From assembly GCA_977862235.1 (NCBI GenBank), contig OZ374559.1:744001-808000 (forward strand): a stretch of DNA of 64,000 bases, read 5' to 3'. Source of the stretch: Dudresnaya verticillata. Taxonomy: Eukaryota. Of the stretch, positions 49,291 through 62,937 are shown piece by piece. Within the stretch, counting starts at the first letter, position 1; the number at the start of each line of letters is the position of its first letter. The position numbers were made by a program, and so were the translations under genes. Below the pieces are notes generated by a model, which was given only the letters and a program-made list of their open reading frames with translations, did no database searches and was not told the DNA's origin.

Positions 49291-52200
49291 TATAGGCAGT
49301 ATGTCGATGATTGTTCCTCATAATTGGTGTGGGAAGAAATTGTTGGGAATGAATCTCTATCCATCCGGTCGTGGTAAACTATTGTTGCTTTTCTCAACTT
49401 TGAGAATAAGGGGATGCCTGCTGTTGTTGCGTTTCTGGCGTCAATAGTCCTGCGACAGTTTGTATTTAAATCCTGAGAAATAACTTGCCTGCACGGGCGA
49501 CCGTAGCAACTGGCTTGTTGTTCTATGGTATCCCTTGCATCTTCTCGCACTTTCCAAGCGCGATCAAGGGATTTTCGATTCCTCTGCCAGCTGTCCCGTC
49601 ATGAATGTGCTTGCAGATAAGCGGGATCATCTTCGCATGGACATATTTGTTGATGATAGAAGCTTTACCCACTGTGTGTCTGCAAGCCGTCGGGGTTTTT
49701 GTTATTAGCCCTCACTCTTTTCGTGGCTCCGCGGGCCGCGTTTGCGATTAAGGTATCTATTCTCGCCAACTTCAGAAGCACGAAAACTATCGCAGGGTCT
49801 GTGACAGCCTGTGGATGGAACTCCACCCCATGGCGATGGATATTTAAACACATATGGGCGCATTGGGACAGGATTCGAACGGGCTTGGAATGTAGGGGAT
49901 TGCTTCTTTCATGGCTGTGAAGAAAGAAACCTCCCCTTCTGCTGAAGAGATCAACTTCCTACTCGTATTTTGTCTCCTGTTGTTCAACGTGTGGCTCTCA
50001 ACGTCAATTGACACAAACGTTCCTCCGCTCTACTGAGTGACAGTCCATAACCTCACTTATGGAGTTTCTTGCTATTCCTCAGTAAAGTTGATCTCTCTCT
50101 GACTTTTTGTCTCTCTCTCTCAATCTAACATGTTGCAGCATTGAGATAATCGTTTTCGGGGCGTTGTACGGTGGAGTACCATGGGTTATATCCATCCATT
50201 GCGAGAGATGTGATGCATCTATCGAGTAAGACGACAGTTGGTTGCTGTGGCTTCTCTAAAAATAAAGCATCGCGCTCTCACCCCCAACGGAATTGAGTTC
50301 GAGGCCAGCAGCGATCTTAATAAGCAAGCATCCCTTTATCGTAATAGGAAGAGGTGGCACACACCTTTAATGTAACCTAAGGAGCAACTCTGGGAAAAAG
50401 GTCTAACTACTACCTCGAACCCTATAATAAAGGTCCCCATCTCTATAACTACCAGAACATATAGCAGGAGGAGGAGGAGGAGGAGGAGATAGGTTGCGGC
50501 GATTCACGCTAACGGCAACAGGAAATACATTGAAGAACGAGCGTAGTAAGGGACAGTAATAGAGATAACATCTCAGTGATGCGGGAGGTCCCTTTCTTGA
50601 CAGTAATGTTATGCATTGAATGTAATCAGCGATGCGTTGAATAGGAGTGTCAAAACCGAAACCAATGCGGCCGTAAACATCAATAACCATCAAGCAAGCA
50701 TCCCTTTAATCGCAATAACCGTAGCATGCAAATGAATATCCAGGTTTCCACGCTCGCGATGATATTGTGACAGCTTGACCTGTTCACGTTAGGCGATAGC
50801 TTGGATATTCACTACCTTTCCTGTTGTGGTTTGTTCGGTGATGAGCTAGGTTGAATGCATAGGTTGCACTCTAATGTTACATTATTTATTTTCTTCTGCT
50901 TGTCCCTGCGCGTGTAACTGTGGCCTCATGCGCTGTAAAAGCAGCAGGCAGTGTTTGTTCTGCTTCAACACCGAAATTGTGATGAAACTGCCGCTTCTCT
51001 CAACAATTGCCTTCAAATAAACAAAAGATGAGATGTGAAAGCGAACTCAGCGGATGACACCCCTATGTACTATAAAGAGCCTGACAACAAGACAGTATTG
51101 TGTCGAGAAAAAGGGGGAAGCAGCCAGATCCTATCGGTTCACAGTCGGCGATACGATGTTATACAACACAAAGATAGAAAAAGTAGGATATAGTCAACTA
51201 AGGAGTGAGGAAGACCAACTTCAAATTTAGTCCAAAACTAGTGCATCGGTCAAGCCCAGGCCACGAACTGAAGCGTAGAGGGATTTTGTTGTATAACAGG
51301 AAAGTGAGTGACGGAGAAACAGGTTTACTGCAATACATCAAACCCTCAAGATTCCAGCTGTAATATCAGCTGTGTTGACTTCATAAAGACGTCCAAGCCG
51401 TTTAGATTTATGGAATTTAAGTGAGTACTGTTGAATTGAATGATGATGTTTTATTAAGACTTGAGAAAAAAAGAAGGAAGCTCTAAAGACATTTCTCTGT
51501 GAAGCAAACACCGTTGCAGCACAAAGCCTACGATTCACATTGATACCTGCAAAGTGCAGAATACTCAAGACTAGGATAGAGGATAATGTGCGATATTCCT
51601 GAGAGGGATTAGTGCCTTGACGGGAGGAGATGTATTGCGCAGGTGCCTGGAGGTATTAGCGACTGTGACACACGGCACCCGGAAACTGTAGACCAACCAG
51701 TTCGTTGAGGTCTCCAATTCGAAGAATATGCAAGGCCAAGCAGTGCCCAGACGGGGCAGGACAATGGACTAGGATGGCCGTGTCACAAACAGATCGACGC
51801 AAGTCGGCATCGCACAGAGGGCCGGTAGTGCAAACGTTAAGTACCACAAATTGGTCTCAATGATGGAACAAAGTGAAGAGTGTGAGGAAGGCGCTCCGCT
51901 GCTCTACAACTCTAATTCTAACGTTCTGTTTTCCCACGTGATACTTTGTTCTTCAGTCGCCTCGTGGTCATTCTCTCAAATACTTTTCCGGATGGCCTGC
52001 TGTACCATTGCTTCCTATTATTGAGCGTAGGGACCACAACTGCGATTGCCAATGCTGCGGGTCCCTGCACTCAGGCACCTCACTCCCCCATTCCCTATTC
52101 AGCCATCACCGTATGTACCATAGTATGTGGGAATTAGCAGGGACCATATCAAAGCCATTGGAACATGACAACCATGCTACTTTTTGTATGGCTTGTCATT

Positions 52201-53380
52201 CAACTCAGAACAACATTGCTGTGCAATGAACATTCCTAAATAGCATGTACAGAACGATGTACTCCCCCTTGGTTCATGGTCATTCCTTCTGCCTTCACCA
52301 TTCAACCTCACTTCGATCCACTACTGCTCCACTCTACCAAATGGCAACCGCAAAACGAGGGTACAACAGTGCGATAACAGCACAACACATTAATCTGTAT
52401 CGCGATATTGTGTCGTGAATTGTAGCTGAGTTTAAAGAACGTAGCAGTTGCCGCAGTACACCAACCGTAGGGCGCTGCCGTAAACCTCTGAAGACCAGCC
52501 GATACCGACATGTTTAAAGTTCTCACTATCACAACACACATTCTATGGACCATAACAACCATTTGAATATCTTTTTACCCCAGCTAATGCTAGTTGCAAT
52601 AAGACTCACTGCTCGAACGTCGATGCATTCCGTGGTATGAAGATACAGGGATGATGCCCTCGCATTCCGAGCTCGTCAACCATCTCTGGGATACTCTTGA
52701 GACGAAATCCTTCGCACTTTGGGATGAATGTTGTGACCCTATAGGCCAAGGAAATGAACGGTTCACAGCTACAGGATTCTGAATACCCGCGCATTACGCA
52801 GCGTTTCAGCCGGAGAACGCCAAATTCTATTTCGGTACTTCAAGGGGAAAGGTAAAAGGAGCTCTGCAACCTCCCACTTTAGCTTCCACTCAGTGTCAAG
52901 GCAGTCTTGAGGCTTCTTTCCCGCGAAGGAAATCATGAGATGTAGCATCTGTATTAACCTCACACACAAAGATAAAAGGAACATACGGCTTCTGAAGGAA
53001 CGAGCTTTCTCAAGCTTCTTCGCCAACTACCATGTGTGGAGGAGAACACGCCAATGTGTCGAAGGTACCGAAATCTAAAGAACGTCTCACACCATTCACA
53101 CCATTCAATGGTACACATCAACTTGCACGGCACTAGTTCACTGCACTTGTAACATGTTTTGCGGAAATGGAACAGAATGTAATAAGCATTCAACCAAGAA
53201 GGAATGTTCTTGAACAAAATATTAAGGTTCCGCTTCACTATATAAATCTCAAGCTATCATCGGTACAAGTGGGGAACAGAATCCACAAGCAACTTCCCCG
53301 CTCTGCGGACAAAGGACAACAACTATAGCACACAGCACGCCCTAACCTCAGTTTTCAGAAGTTCTCGACCGGTACCCAAA

Positions 53381-53839
53381 ATGTATTTCCGTCTTGCAAT
53401 TCTTGTCGCCCTCCTCTTGGCTCCCTTCTCATCTGCTACAACGTGTCCAAACAATGGAATTTGCCTGCCTCGTCACCTGTGCTACGCTCAAGGTCTTCGT
53501 CCGCTTCACGGGAATTACTGTGGAGGTCAAGCTGGGGTTGAATGCTGCCCGGGCTACAGGCCTCGAAGATGTTACTATCGAATTCTTAACTACAACATCC
53601 CAGGCGTTTGCCAACCGTCGGCCACATGCAAAGGAACTGGTGCATTCTCCGTATCGTCTCCCAGCTGCAGTGGGATAAACCAGTGCTGTGTCGGATCTTC
53701 GCTGTTGCACCCAACACCACGGCCTACGAGGCCTCCAGTTCCCACTCGCTATCCTCTTCCGTGCAAGAGTCGAAGCACTAGGACTCTTCAAGTTGCATGC
53801 AAAATCAATGAATTCACGAAGCGTGTCTTCAGCTTGTAA
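53381..53839 (+). CDS. Secreted defensin/clip-like Cys-rich protein, copy 10
   Basis: Translation identical to copy 1. Confidence 0.85.
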   Translation: MYFRLAILVALLLAPFSSATTCPNNGICLPRHLCYAQGLRPLHGNYCGGQAGVECCPGYRPRRCYYRILNYNIPGVCQPSATCKGTGAFSVSSPSCSGINQCCVGSSLLHPTPRPTRPPVPTRYPLPCKSRSTRTLQVACKINEFTKRVFSL

Positions 53840-56800
53840 TATAGGCAGTATGTCGATGATTGTTCCTCATAATTGGTGTGGGAAGAAATTGTTGGGAATG
53901 AATCTCTATCCATCCGGTCGTGGTAAACTATTGTTGCTTTTCTCAACTTTGAGAATAAGGGGATGCCTGCTGTTGTTGCGTTTCTGGCGTCAATAGTCCT
54001 GCGACAGTTTGTATTTAAATCCTGAGAAATAACTTGCCTGCACGGGCGACCGTAGCAACTGGCTTGTTGTTCTATGGTATCCCTTGCATCTTCTCGCACT
54101 TTCCAAGCGCGATCAAGGGATTTTCGATTCCTCTGCCAGCTGTCCCGTCATGAATGTGCTTGCAGATAAGCGGGATCATCTTCGCATGGACATATTTGTT
54201 GATGATAGAAGCTTTACCCACTGTGTGTCTGCAAGCCGTCGGGGTTTTTGTTATTAGCCCTCACTCTTTTCGTGGCTCCGCGGGCCGCGTTTGCGATTAA
54301 GGTATCTATTCTCGCCAACTTCAGAAGCACGAAAACTATCGCAGGGTCTGTGACAGCCTGTGGATGGAACTCCACCCCATGGCGATGGATATTTAAACAC
54401 ATATGGGCGCATTGGGACAGGATTCGAACGGGCTTGGAATGTAGGGGATTGCTTCTTTCATGGCTGTGAAGAAAGAAACCTCCCCTTCTGCTGAAGAGAT
54501 CAACTTCCTACTCGTATTTTGTCTCCTGTTGTTCAACGTGTGGCTCTCAACGTCAATTGACACAAACGTTCCTCCGCTCTACTGAGTGACAGTCCATAAC
54601 CTCACTTATGGAGTTTCTTGCTATTCCTCAGTAAAGTTGATCTCTCTCTGACTTTTTGTCTCTCTCTCTCAATCTAACATGTTGCAGCATTGAGATAATC
54701 GTTTTCGGGGCGTTGTACGGTGGAGTACCATGGGTTATATCCATCCATTGCGAGAGATGTGATGCATCTATCGAGTAAGACGACAGTTGGTTGCTGTGGC
54801 TTCTCTAAAAATAAAGCATCGCGCTCTCACCCCCAACGGAATTGAGTTCGAGGCCAGCAGCGATCTTAATAAGCAAGCATCCCTTTATCGTAATAGGAAG
54901 AGGTGGCACACACCTTTAATGTAACCTAAGGAGCAACTCTGGGAAAAAGGTCTAACTACTACCTCGAACCCTATAATAAAGGTCCCCATCTCTATAACTA
55001 CCAGAACATATAGCAGGAGGAGGAGGAGGAGGAGGAGATAGGTTGCGGCGATTCACGCTAACGGCAACAGGAAATACATTGAAGAACGAGCGTAGTAAGG
55101 GACAGTAATAGAGATAACATCTCAGTGATGCGGGAGGTCCCTTTCTTGACAGTAATGTTATGCATTGAATGTAATCAGCGATGCGTTGAATAGGAGTGTC
55201 AAAACCGAAACCAATGCGGCCGTAAACATCAATAACCATCAAGCAAGCATCCCTTTAATCGCAATAACCGTAGCATGCAAATGAATATCCAGGTTTCCAC
55301 GCTCGCGATGATATTGTGACAGCTTGACCTGTTCACGTTAGGCGATAGCTTGGATATTCACTACCTTTCCTGTTGTGGTTTGTTCGGTGATGAGCTAGGT
55401 TGAATGCATAGGTTGCACTCTAATGTTACATTATTTATTTTCTTCTGCTTGTCCCTGCGCGTGTAACTGTGGCCTCATGCGCTGTAAAAGCAGCAGGCAG
55501 TGTTTGTTCTGCTTCAACACCGAAATTGTGATGAAACTGCCGCTTCTCTCAACAATTGCCTTCAAATAAACAAAAGATGAGATGTGAAAGCGAACTCAGC
55601 GGATGACACCCCTATGTACTATAAAGAGCCTGACAACAAGACAGTATTGTGTCGAGAAAAAGGGGGAAGCAGCCAGATCCTATCGGTTCACAGTCGGCGA
55701 TACGATGTTATACAACACAAAGATAGAAAAAGTAGGATATAGTCAACTAAGGAGTGAGGAAGACCAACTTCAAATTTAGTCCAAAACTAGTGCATCGGTC
55801 AAGCCCAGGCCACGAACTGAAGCGTAGAGGGATTTTGTTGTATAACAGGAAAGTGAGTGACGGAGAAACAGGTTTACTGCAATACATCAAACCCTCAAGA
55901 TTCCAGCTGTAATATCAGCTGTGTTGACTTCATAAAGACGTCCAAGCCGTTTAGATTTATGGAATTTAAGTGAGTACTGTTGAATTGAATGATGATGTTT
56001 TATTAAGACTTGAGAAAAAAAGAAGGAAGCTCTAAAGACATTTCTCTGTGAAGCAAACACCGTTGCAGCACAAAGCCTACGATTCACATTGATACCTGCA
56101 AAGTGCAGAATACTCAAGACTAGGATAGAGGATAATGTGCGATATTCCTGAGAGGGATTAGTGCCTTGACGGGAGGAGATGTATTGCGCAGGTGCCTGGA
56201 GGTATTAGCGACTGTGACACACGGCACCCGGAAACTGTAGACCAACCAGTTCGTTGAGGTCTCCAATTCGAAGAATATGCAAGGCCAAGCAGTGCCCAGA
56301 CGGGGCAGGACAATGGACTAGGATGGCCGTGTCACAAACAGATCGACGCAAGTCGGCATCGCACAGAGGGCCGGTAGTGCAAACGTTAAGTACCACAAAT
56401 TGGTCTCAATGATGGAACAAAGTGAAGAGTGTGAGGAAGGCGCTCCGCTGCTCTACAACTCTAATTCTAACGTTCTGTTTTCCCACGTGATACTTTGTTC
56501 TTCAGTCGCCTCGTGGTCATTCTCTCAAATACTTTTCCGGATGGCCTGCTGTACCATTGCTTCCTATTATTGAGCGTAGGGACCACAACTGCGATTGCCA
56601 ATGCTGCGGGTCCCTGCACTCAGGCACCTCACTCCCCCATTCCCTATTCAGCCATCACCGTATGTACCATAGTATGTGGGAATTAGCAGGGACCATATCA
56701 AAGCCATTGGAACATGACAACCATGCTACTTTTTGTATGGCTTGTCATTCAACTCAGAACAACATTGCTGTGCAATGAACATTCCTAAATAGCATGTACA

Positions 56801-57929
56801 GAACGATGTACTCCCCCTTGGTTCATGGTCATTCCTTCTGCCTTCACCATTCAACCTCACTTCGATCCACTACTGCTCCACTCTACCAAATGGCAACCGC
56901 AAAACGAGGGTACAACAGTGCGATAACAGCACAACACATTAATCTGTATCGCGATATTGTGTCGTGAATTGTAGCTGAGTTTAAAGAACGTAGCAGTTGC
57001 CGCAGTACACCAACCGTAGGGCGCTGCCGTAAACCTCTGAAGACCAGCCGATACCGACATGTTTAAAGTTCTCACTATCACAACACACATTCTATGGACC
57101 ATAACAACCATTTGAATATCTTTTTACCCCAGCTAATGCTAGTTGCAATAAGACTCACTGCTCGAACGTCGATGCATTCCGTGGTATGAAGATACAGGGA
57201 TGATGCCCTCGCATTCCGAGCTCGTCAACCATCTCTGGGATACTCTTGAGACGAAATCCTTCGCACTTTGGGATGAATGTTGTGACCCTATAGGCCAAGG
57301 AAATGAACGGTTCACAGCTACAGGATTCTGAATACCCGCGCATTACGCAGCGTTTCAGCCGGAGAACGCCAAATTCTATTTCGGTACTTCAAGGGGAAAG
57401 GTAAAAGGAGCTCTGCAACCTCCCACTTTAGCTTCCACTCAGTGTCAAGGCAGTCTTGAGGCTTCTTTCCCGCGAAGGAAATCATGAGATGTAGCATCTG
57501 TATTAACCTCACACACAAAGATAAAAGGAACATACGGCTTCTGAAGGAACGAGCTTTCTCAAGCTTCTTCGCCAACTACCATGTGTGGAGGAGAACACGC
57601 CAATGTGTCGAAGGTACCGAAATCTAAAGAACGTCTCACACCATTCACACCATTCAATGGTACACATCAACTTGCACGGCACTAGTTCACTGCACTTGTA
57701 ACATGTTTTGCGGAAATGGAACAGAATGTAATAAGCATTCAACCAAGAAGGAATGTTCTTGAACAAAATATTAAGGTTCCGCTTCACTATATAAATCTCA
57801 AGCTATCATCGGTACAAGTGGGGAACAGAATCCACAAGCAACTTCCCCGCTCTGCGGACAAAGGACAACAACTATAGCACACAGCACGCCCTAACCTCAG
57901 TTTTCAGAAGTTCTCGACCGGTACCCAAA

Positions 57930-58388
57930 ATGTATTTCCGTCTTGCAATTCTTGTCGCCCTCCTCTTGGCTCCCTTCTCATCTGCTACAACGTGTCCAAA
58001 CAATGGAATTTGCCTGCCTCGTCACCTGTGCTACGCTCAAGGTCTTCGTCCGCTTCACGGGAATTACTGTGGAGGTCAAGCTGGGGTTGAATGCTGCCCG
58101 GGCTACAGGCCTCGAAGATGTTACTATCGAATTCTTAACTACAACATCCCAGGCGTTTGCCAACCGTCGGCCACATGCAAAGGAACTGGTGCATTCTCCG
58201 TATCGTCTCCCAGCTGCAGTGGGATAAACCAGTGCTGTGTCGGATCTTCGCTGTTGCACCCAACACCACGGCCTACGAGGCCTCCAGTTCCCACTCGCTA
58301 TCCTCTTCCGTGCAAGAGTCGAAGCACTAGGACTCTTCAAGTTGCATGCAAAATCAATGAATTCACGAAGCGTGTCTTCAGCTTGTAA
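57930..58388 (+). CDS. Secreted defensin/clip-like Cys-rich protein, copy 11
   Basis: Translation identical to copy 1. Confidence 0.85.
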   Translation: MYFRLAILVALLLAPFSSATTCPNNGICLPRHLCYAQGLRPLHGNYCGGQAGVECCPGYRPRRCYYRILNYNIPGVCQPSATCKGTGAFSVSSPSCSGINQCCVGSSLLHPTPRPTRPPVPTRYPLPCKSRSTRTLQVACKINEFTKRVFSL

Positions 58389-61300
58389 TATAGGCAGTAT
58401 GTCGATGATTGTTCCTCATAATTGGTGTGGGAAGAAATTGTTGGGAATGAATCTCTATCCATCCGGTCGTGGTAAACTATTGTTGCTTTTCTCAACTTTG
58501 AGAATAAGGGGATGCCTGCTGTTGTTGCGTTTCTGGCGTCAATAGTCCTGCGACAGTTTGTATTTAAATCCTGAGAAATAACTTGCCTGCACGGGCGACC
58601 GTAGCAACTGGCTTGTTGTTCTATGGTATCCCTTGCATCTTCTCGCACTTTCCAAGCGCGATCAAGGGATTTTCGATTCCTCTGCCAGCTGTCCCGTCAT
58701 GAATGTGCTTGCAGATAAGCGGGATCATCTTCGCATGGACATATTTGTTGATGATAGAAGCTTTACCCACTGTGTGTCTGCAAGCCGTCGGGGTTTTTGT
58801 TATTAGCCCTCACTCTTTTCGTGGCTCCGCGGGCCGCGTTTGCGATTAAGGTATCTATTCTCGCCAACTTCAGAAGCACGAAAACTATCGCAGGGTCTGT
58901 GACAGCCTGTGGATGGAACTCCACCCCATGGCGATGGATATTTAAACACATATGGGCGCATTGGGACAGGATTCGAACGGGCTTGGAATGTAGGGGATTG
59001 CTTCTTTCATGGCTGTGAAGAAAGAAACCTCCCCTTCTGCTGAAGAGATCAACTTCCTACTCGTATTTTGTCTCCTGTTGTTCAACGTGTGGCTCTCAAC
59101 GTCAATTGACACAAACGTTCCTCCGCTCTACTGAGTGACAGTCCATAACCTCACTTATGGAGTTTCTTGCTATTCCTCAGTAAAGTTGATCTCTCTCTGA
59201 CTTTTTGTCTCTCTCTCTCAATCTAACATGTTGCAGCATTGAGATAATCGTTTTCGGGGCGTTGTACGGTGGAGTACCATGGGTTATATCCATCCATTGC
59301 GAGAGATGTGATGCATCTATCGAGTAAGACGACAGTTGGTTGCTGTGGCTTCTCTAAAAATAAAGCATCGCGCTCTCACCCCCAACGGAATTGAGTTCGA
59401 GGCCAGCAGCGATCTTAATAAGCAAGCATCCCTTTATCGTAATAGGAAGAGGTGGCACACACCTTTAATGTAACCTAAGGAGCAACTCTGGGAAAAAGGT
59501 CTAACTACTACCTCGAACCCTATAATAAAGGTCCCCATCTCTATAACTACCAGAACATATAGCAGGAGGAGGAGGAGGAGGAGGAGATAGGTTGCGGCGA
59601 TTCACGCTAACGGCAACAGGAAATACATTGAAGAACGAGCGTAGTAAGGGACAGTAATAGAGATAACATCTCAGTGATGCGGGAGGTCCCTTTCTTGACA
59701 GTAATGTTATGCATTGAATGTAATCAGCGATGCGTTGAATAGGAGTGTCAAAACCGAAACCAATGCGGCCGTAAACATCAATAACCATCAAGCAAGCATC
59801 CCTTTAATCGCAATAACCGTAGCATGCAAATGAATATCCAGGTTTCCACGCTCGCGATGATATTGTGACAGCTTGACCTGTTCACGTTAGGCGATAGCTT
59901 GGATATTCACTACCTTTCCTGTTGTGGTTTGTTCGGTGATGAGCTAGGTTGAATGCATAGGTTGCACTCTAATGTTACATTATTTATTTTCTTCTGCTTG
60001 TCCCTGCGCGTGTAACTGTGGCCTCATGCGCTGTAAAAGCAGCAGGCAGTGTTTGTTCTGCTTCAACACCGAAATTGTGATGAAACTGCCGCTTCTCTCA
60101 ACAATTGCCTTCAAATAAACAAAAGATGAGATGTGAAAGCGAACTCAGCGGATGACACCCCTATGTACTATAAAGAGCCTGACAACAAGACAGTATTGTG
60201 TCGAGAAAAAGGGGGAAGCAGCCAGATCCTATCGGTTCACAGTCGGCGATACGATGTTATACAACACAAAGATAGAAAAAGTAGGATATAGTCAACTAAG
60301 GAGTGAGGAAGACCAACTTCAAATTTAGTCCAAAACTAGTGCATCGGTCAAGCCCAGGCCACGAACTGAAGCGTAGAGGGATTTTGTTGTATAACAGGAA
60401 AGTGAGTGACGGAGAAACAGGTTTACTGCAATACATCAAACCCTCAAGATTCCAGCTGTAATATCAGCTGTGTTGACTTCATAAAGACGTCCAAGCCGTT
60501 TAGATTTATGGAATTTAAGTGAGTACTGTTGAATTGAATGATGATGTTTTATTAAGACTTGAGAAAAAAAGAAGGAAGCTCTAAAGACATTTCTCTGTGA
60601 AGCAAACACCGTTGCAGCACAAAGCCTACGATTCACATTGATACCTGCAAAGTGCAGAATACTCAAGACTAGGATAGAGGATAATGTGCGATATTCCTGA
60701 GAGGGATTAGTGCCTTGACGGGAGGAGATGTATTGCGCAGGTGCCTGGAGGTATTAGCGACTGTGACACACGGCACCCGGAAACTGTAGACCAACCAGTT
60801 CGTTGAGGTCTCCAATTCGAAGAATATGCAAGGCCAAGCAGTGCCCAGACGGGGCAGGACAATGGACTAGGATGGCCGTGTCACAAACAGATCGACGCAA
60901 GTCGGCATCGCACAGAGGGCCGGTAGTGCAAACGTTAAGTACCACAAATTGGTCTCAATGATGGAACAAAGTGAAGAGTGTGAGGAAGGCGCTCCGCTGC
61001 TCTACAACTCTAATTCTAACGTTCTGTTTTCCCACGTGATACTTTGTTCTTCAGTCGCCTCGTGGTCATTCTCTCAAATACTTTTCCGGATGGCCTGCTG
61101 TACCATTGCTTCCTATTATTGAGCGTAGGGACCACAACTGCGATTGCCAATGCTGCGGGTCCCTGCACTCAGGCACCTCACTCCCCCATTCCCTATTCAG
61201 CCATCACCGTATGTACCATAGTATGTGGGAATTAGCAGGGACCATATCAAAGCCATTGGAACATGACAACCATGCTACTTTTTGTATGGCTTGTCATTCA

Positions 61301-62478
61301 ACTCAGAACAACATTGCTGTGCAATGAACATTCCTAAATAGCATGTACAGAACGATGTACTCCCCCTTGGTTCATGGTCATTCCTTCTGCCTTCACCATT
61401 CAACCTCACTTCGATCCACTACTGCTCCACTCTACCAAATGGCAACCGCAAAACGAGGGTACAACAGTGCGATAACAGCACAACACATTAATCTGTATCG
61501 CGATATTGTGTCGTGAATTGTAGCTGAGTTTAAAGAACGTAGCAGTTGCCGCAGTACACCAACCGTAGGGCGCTGCCGTAAACCTCTGAAGACCAGCCGA
61601 TACCGACATGTTTAAAGTTCTCACTATCACAACACACATTCTATGGACCATAACAACCATTTGAATATCTTTTTACCCCAGCTAATGCTAGTTGCAATAA
61701 GACTCACTGCTCGAACGTCGATGCATTCCGTGGTATGAAGATACAGGGATGATGCCCTCGCATTCCGAGCTCGTCAACCATCTCTGGGATACTCTTGAGA
61801 CGAAATCCTTCGCACTTTGGGATGAATGTTGTGACCCTATAGGCCAAGGAAATGAACGGTTCACAGCTACAGGATTCTGAATACCCGCGCATTACGCAGC
61901 GTTTCAGCCGGAGAACGCCAAATTCTATTTCGGTACTTCAAGGGGAAAGGTAAAAGGAGCTCTGCAACCTCCCACTTTAGCTTCCACTCAGTGTCAAGGC
62001 AGTCTTGAGGCTTCTTTCCCGCGAAGGAAATCATGAGATGTAGCATCTGTATTAACCTCACACACAAAGATAAAAGGAACATACGGCTTCTGAAGGAACG
62101 AGCTTTCTCAAGCTTCTTCGCCAACTACCATGTGTGGAGGAGAACACGCCAATGTGTCGAAGGTACCGAAATCTAAAGAACGTCTCACACCATTCACACC
62201 ATTCAATGGTACACATCAACTTGCACGGCACTAGTTCACTGCACTTGTAACATGTTTTGCGGAAATGGAACAGAATGTAATAAGCATTCAACCAAGAAGG
62301 AATGTTCTTGAACAAAATATTAAGGTTCCGCTTCACTATATAAATCTCAAGCTATCATCGGTACAAGTGGGGAACAGAATCCACAAGCAACTTCCCCGCT
62401 CTGCGGACAAAGGACAACAACTATAGCACACAGCACGCCCTAACCTCAGTTTTCAGAAGTTCTCGACCGGTACCCAAA

Positions 62479-62937
62479 ATGTATTTCCGTCTTGCAATTC
62501 TTGTCGCCCTCCTCTTGGCTCCCTTCTCATCTGCTACAACGTGTCCAAACAATGGAATTTGCCTGCCTCGTCACCTGTGCTACGCTCAAGGTCTTCGTCC
62601 GCTTCACGGGAATTACTGTGGAGGTCAAGCTGGGGTTGAATGCTGCCCGGGCTACAGGCCTCGAAGATGTTACTATCGAATTCTTAACTACAACATCCCA
62701 GGCGTTTGCCAACCGTCGGCCACATGCAAAGGAACTGGTGCATTCTCCGTATCGTCTCCCAGCTGCAGTGGGATAAACCAGTGCTGTGTCGGATCTTCGC
62801 TGTTGCACCCAACACCACGGCCTACGAGGCCTCCAGTTCCCACTCGCTATCCTCTTCCGTGCAAGAGTCGAAGCACTAGGACTCTTCAAGTTGCATGCAA
62901 AATCAATGAATTCACGAAGCGTGTCTTCAGCTTGTAA
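62479..62937 (+). CDS. Secreted defensin/clip-like Cys-rich protein, copy 12
   Basis: Translation identical to copy 1. Confidence 0.85.
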   Translation: MYFRLAILVALLLAPFSSATTCPNNGICLPRHLCYAQGLRPLHGNYCGGQAGVECCPGYRPRRCYYRILNYNIPGVCQPSATCKGTGAFSVSSPSCSGINQCCVGSSLLHPTPRPTRPPVPTRYPLPCKSRSTRTLQVACKINEFTKRVFSL

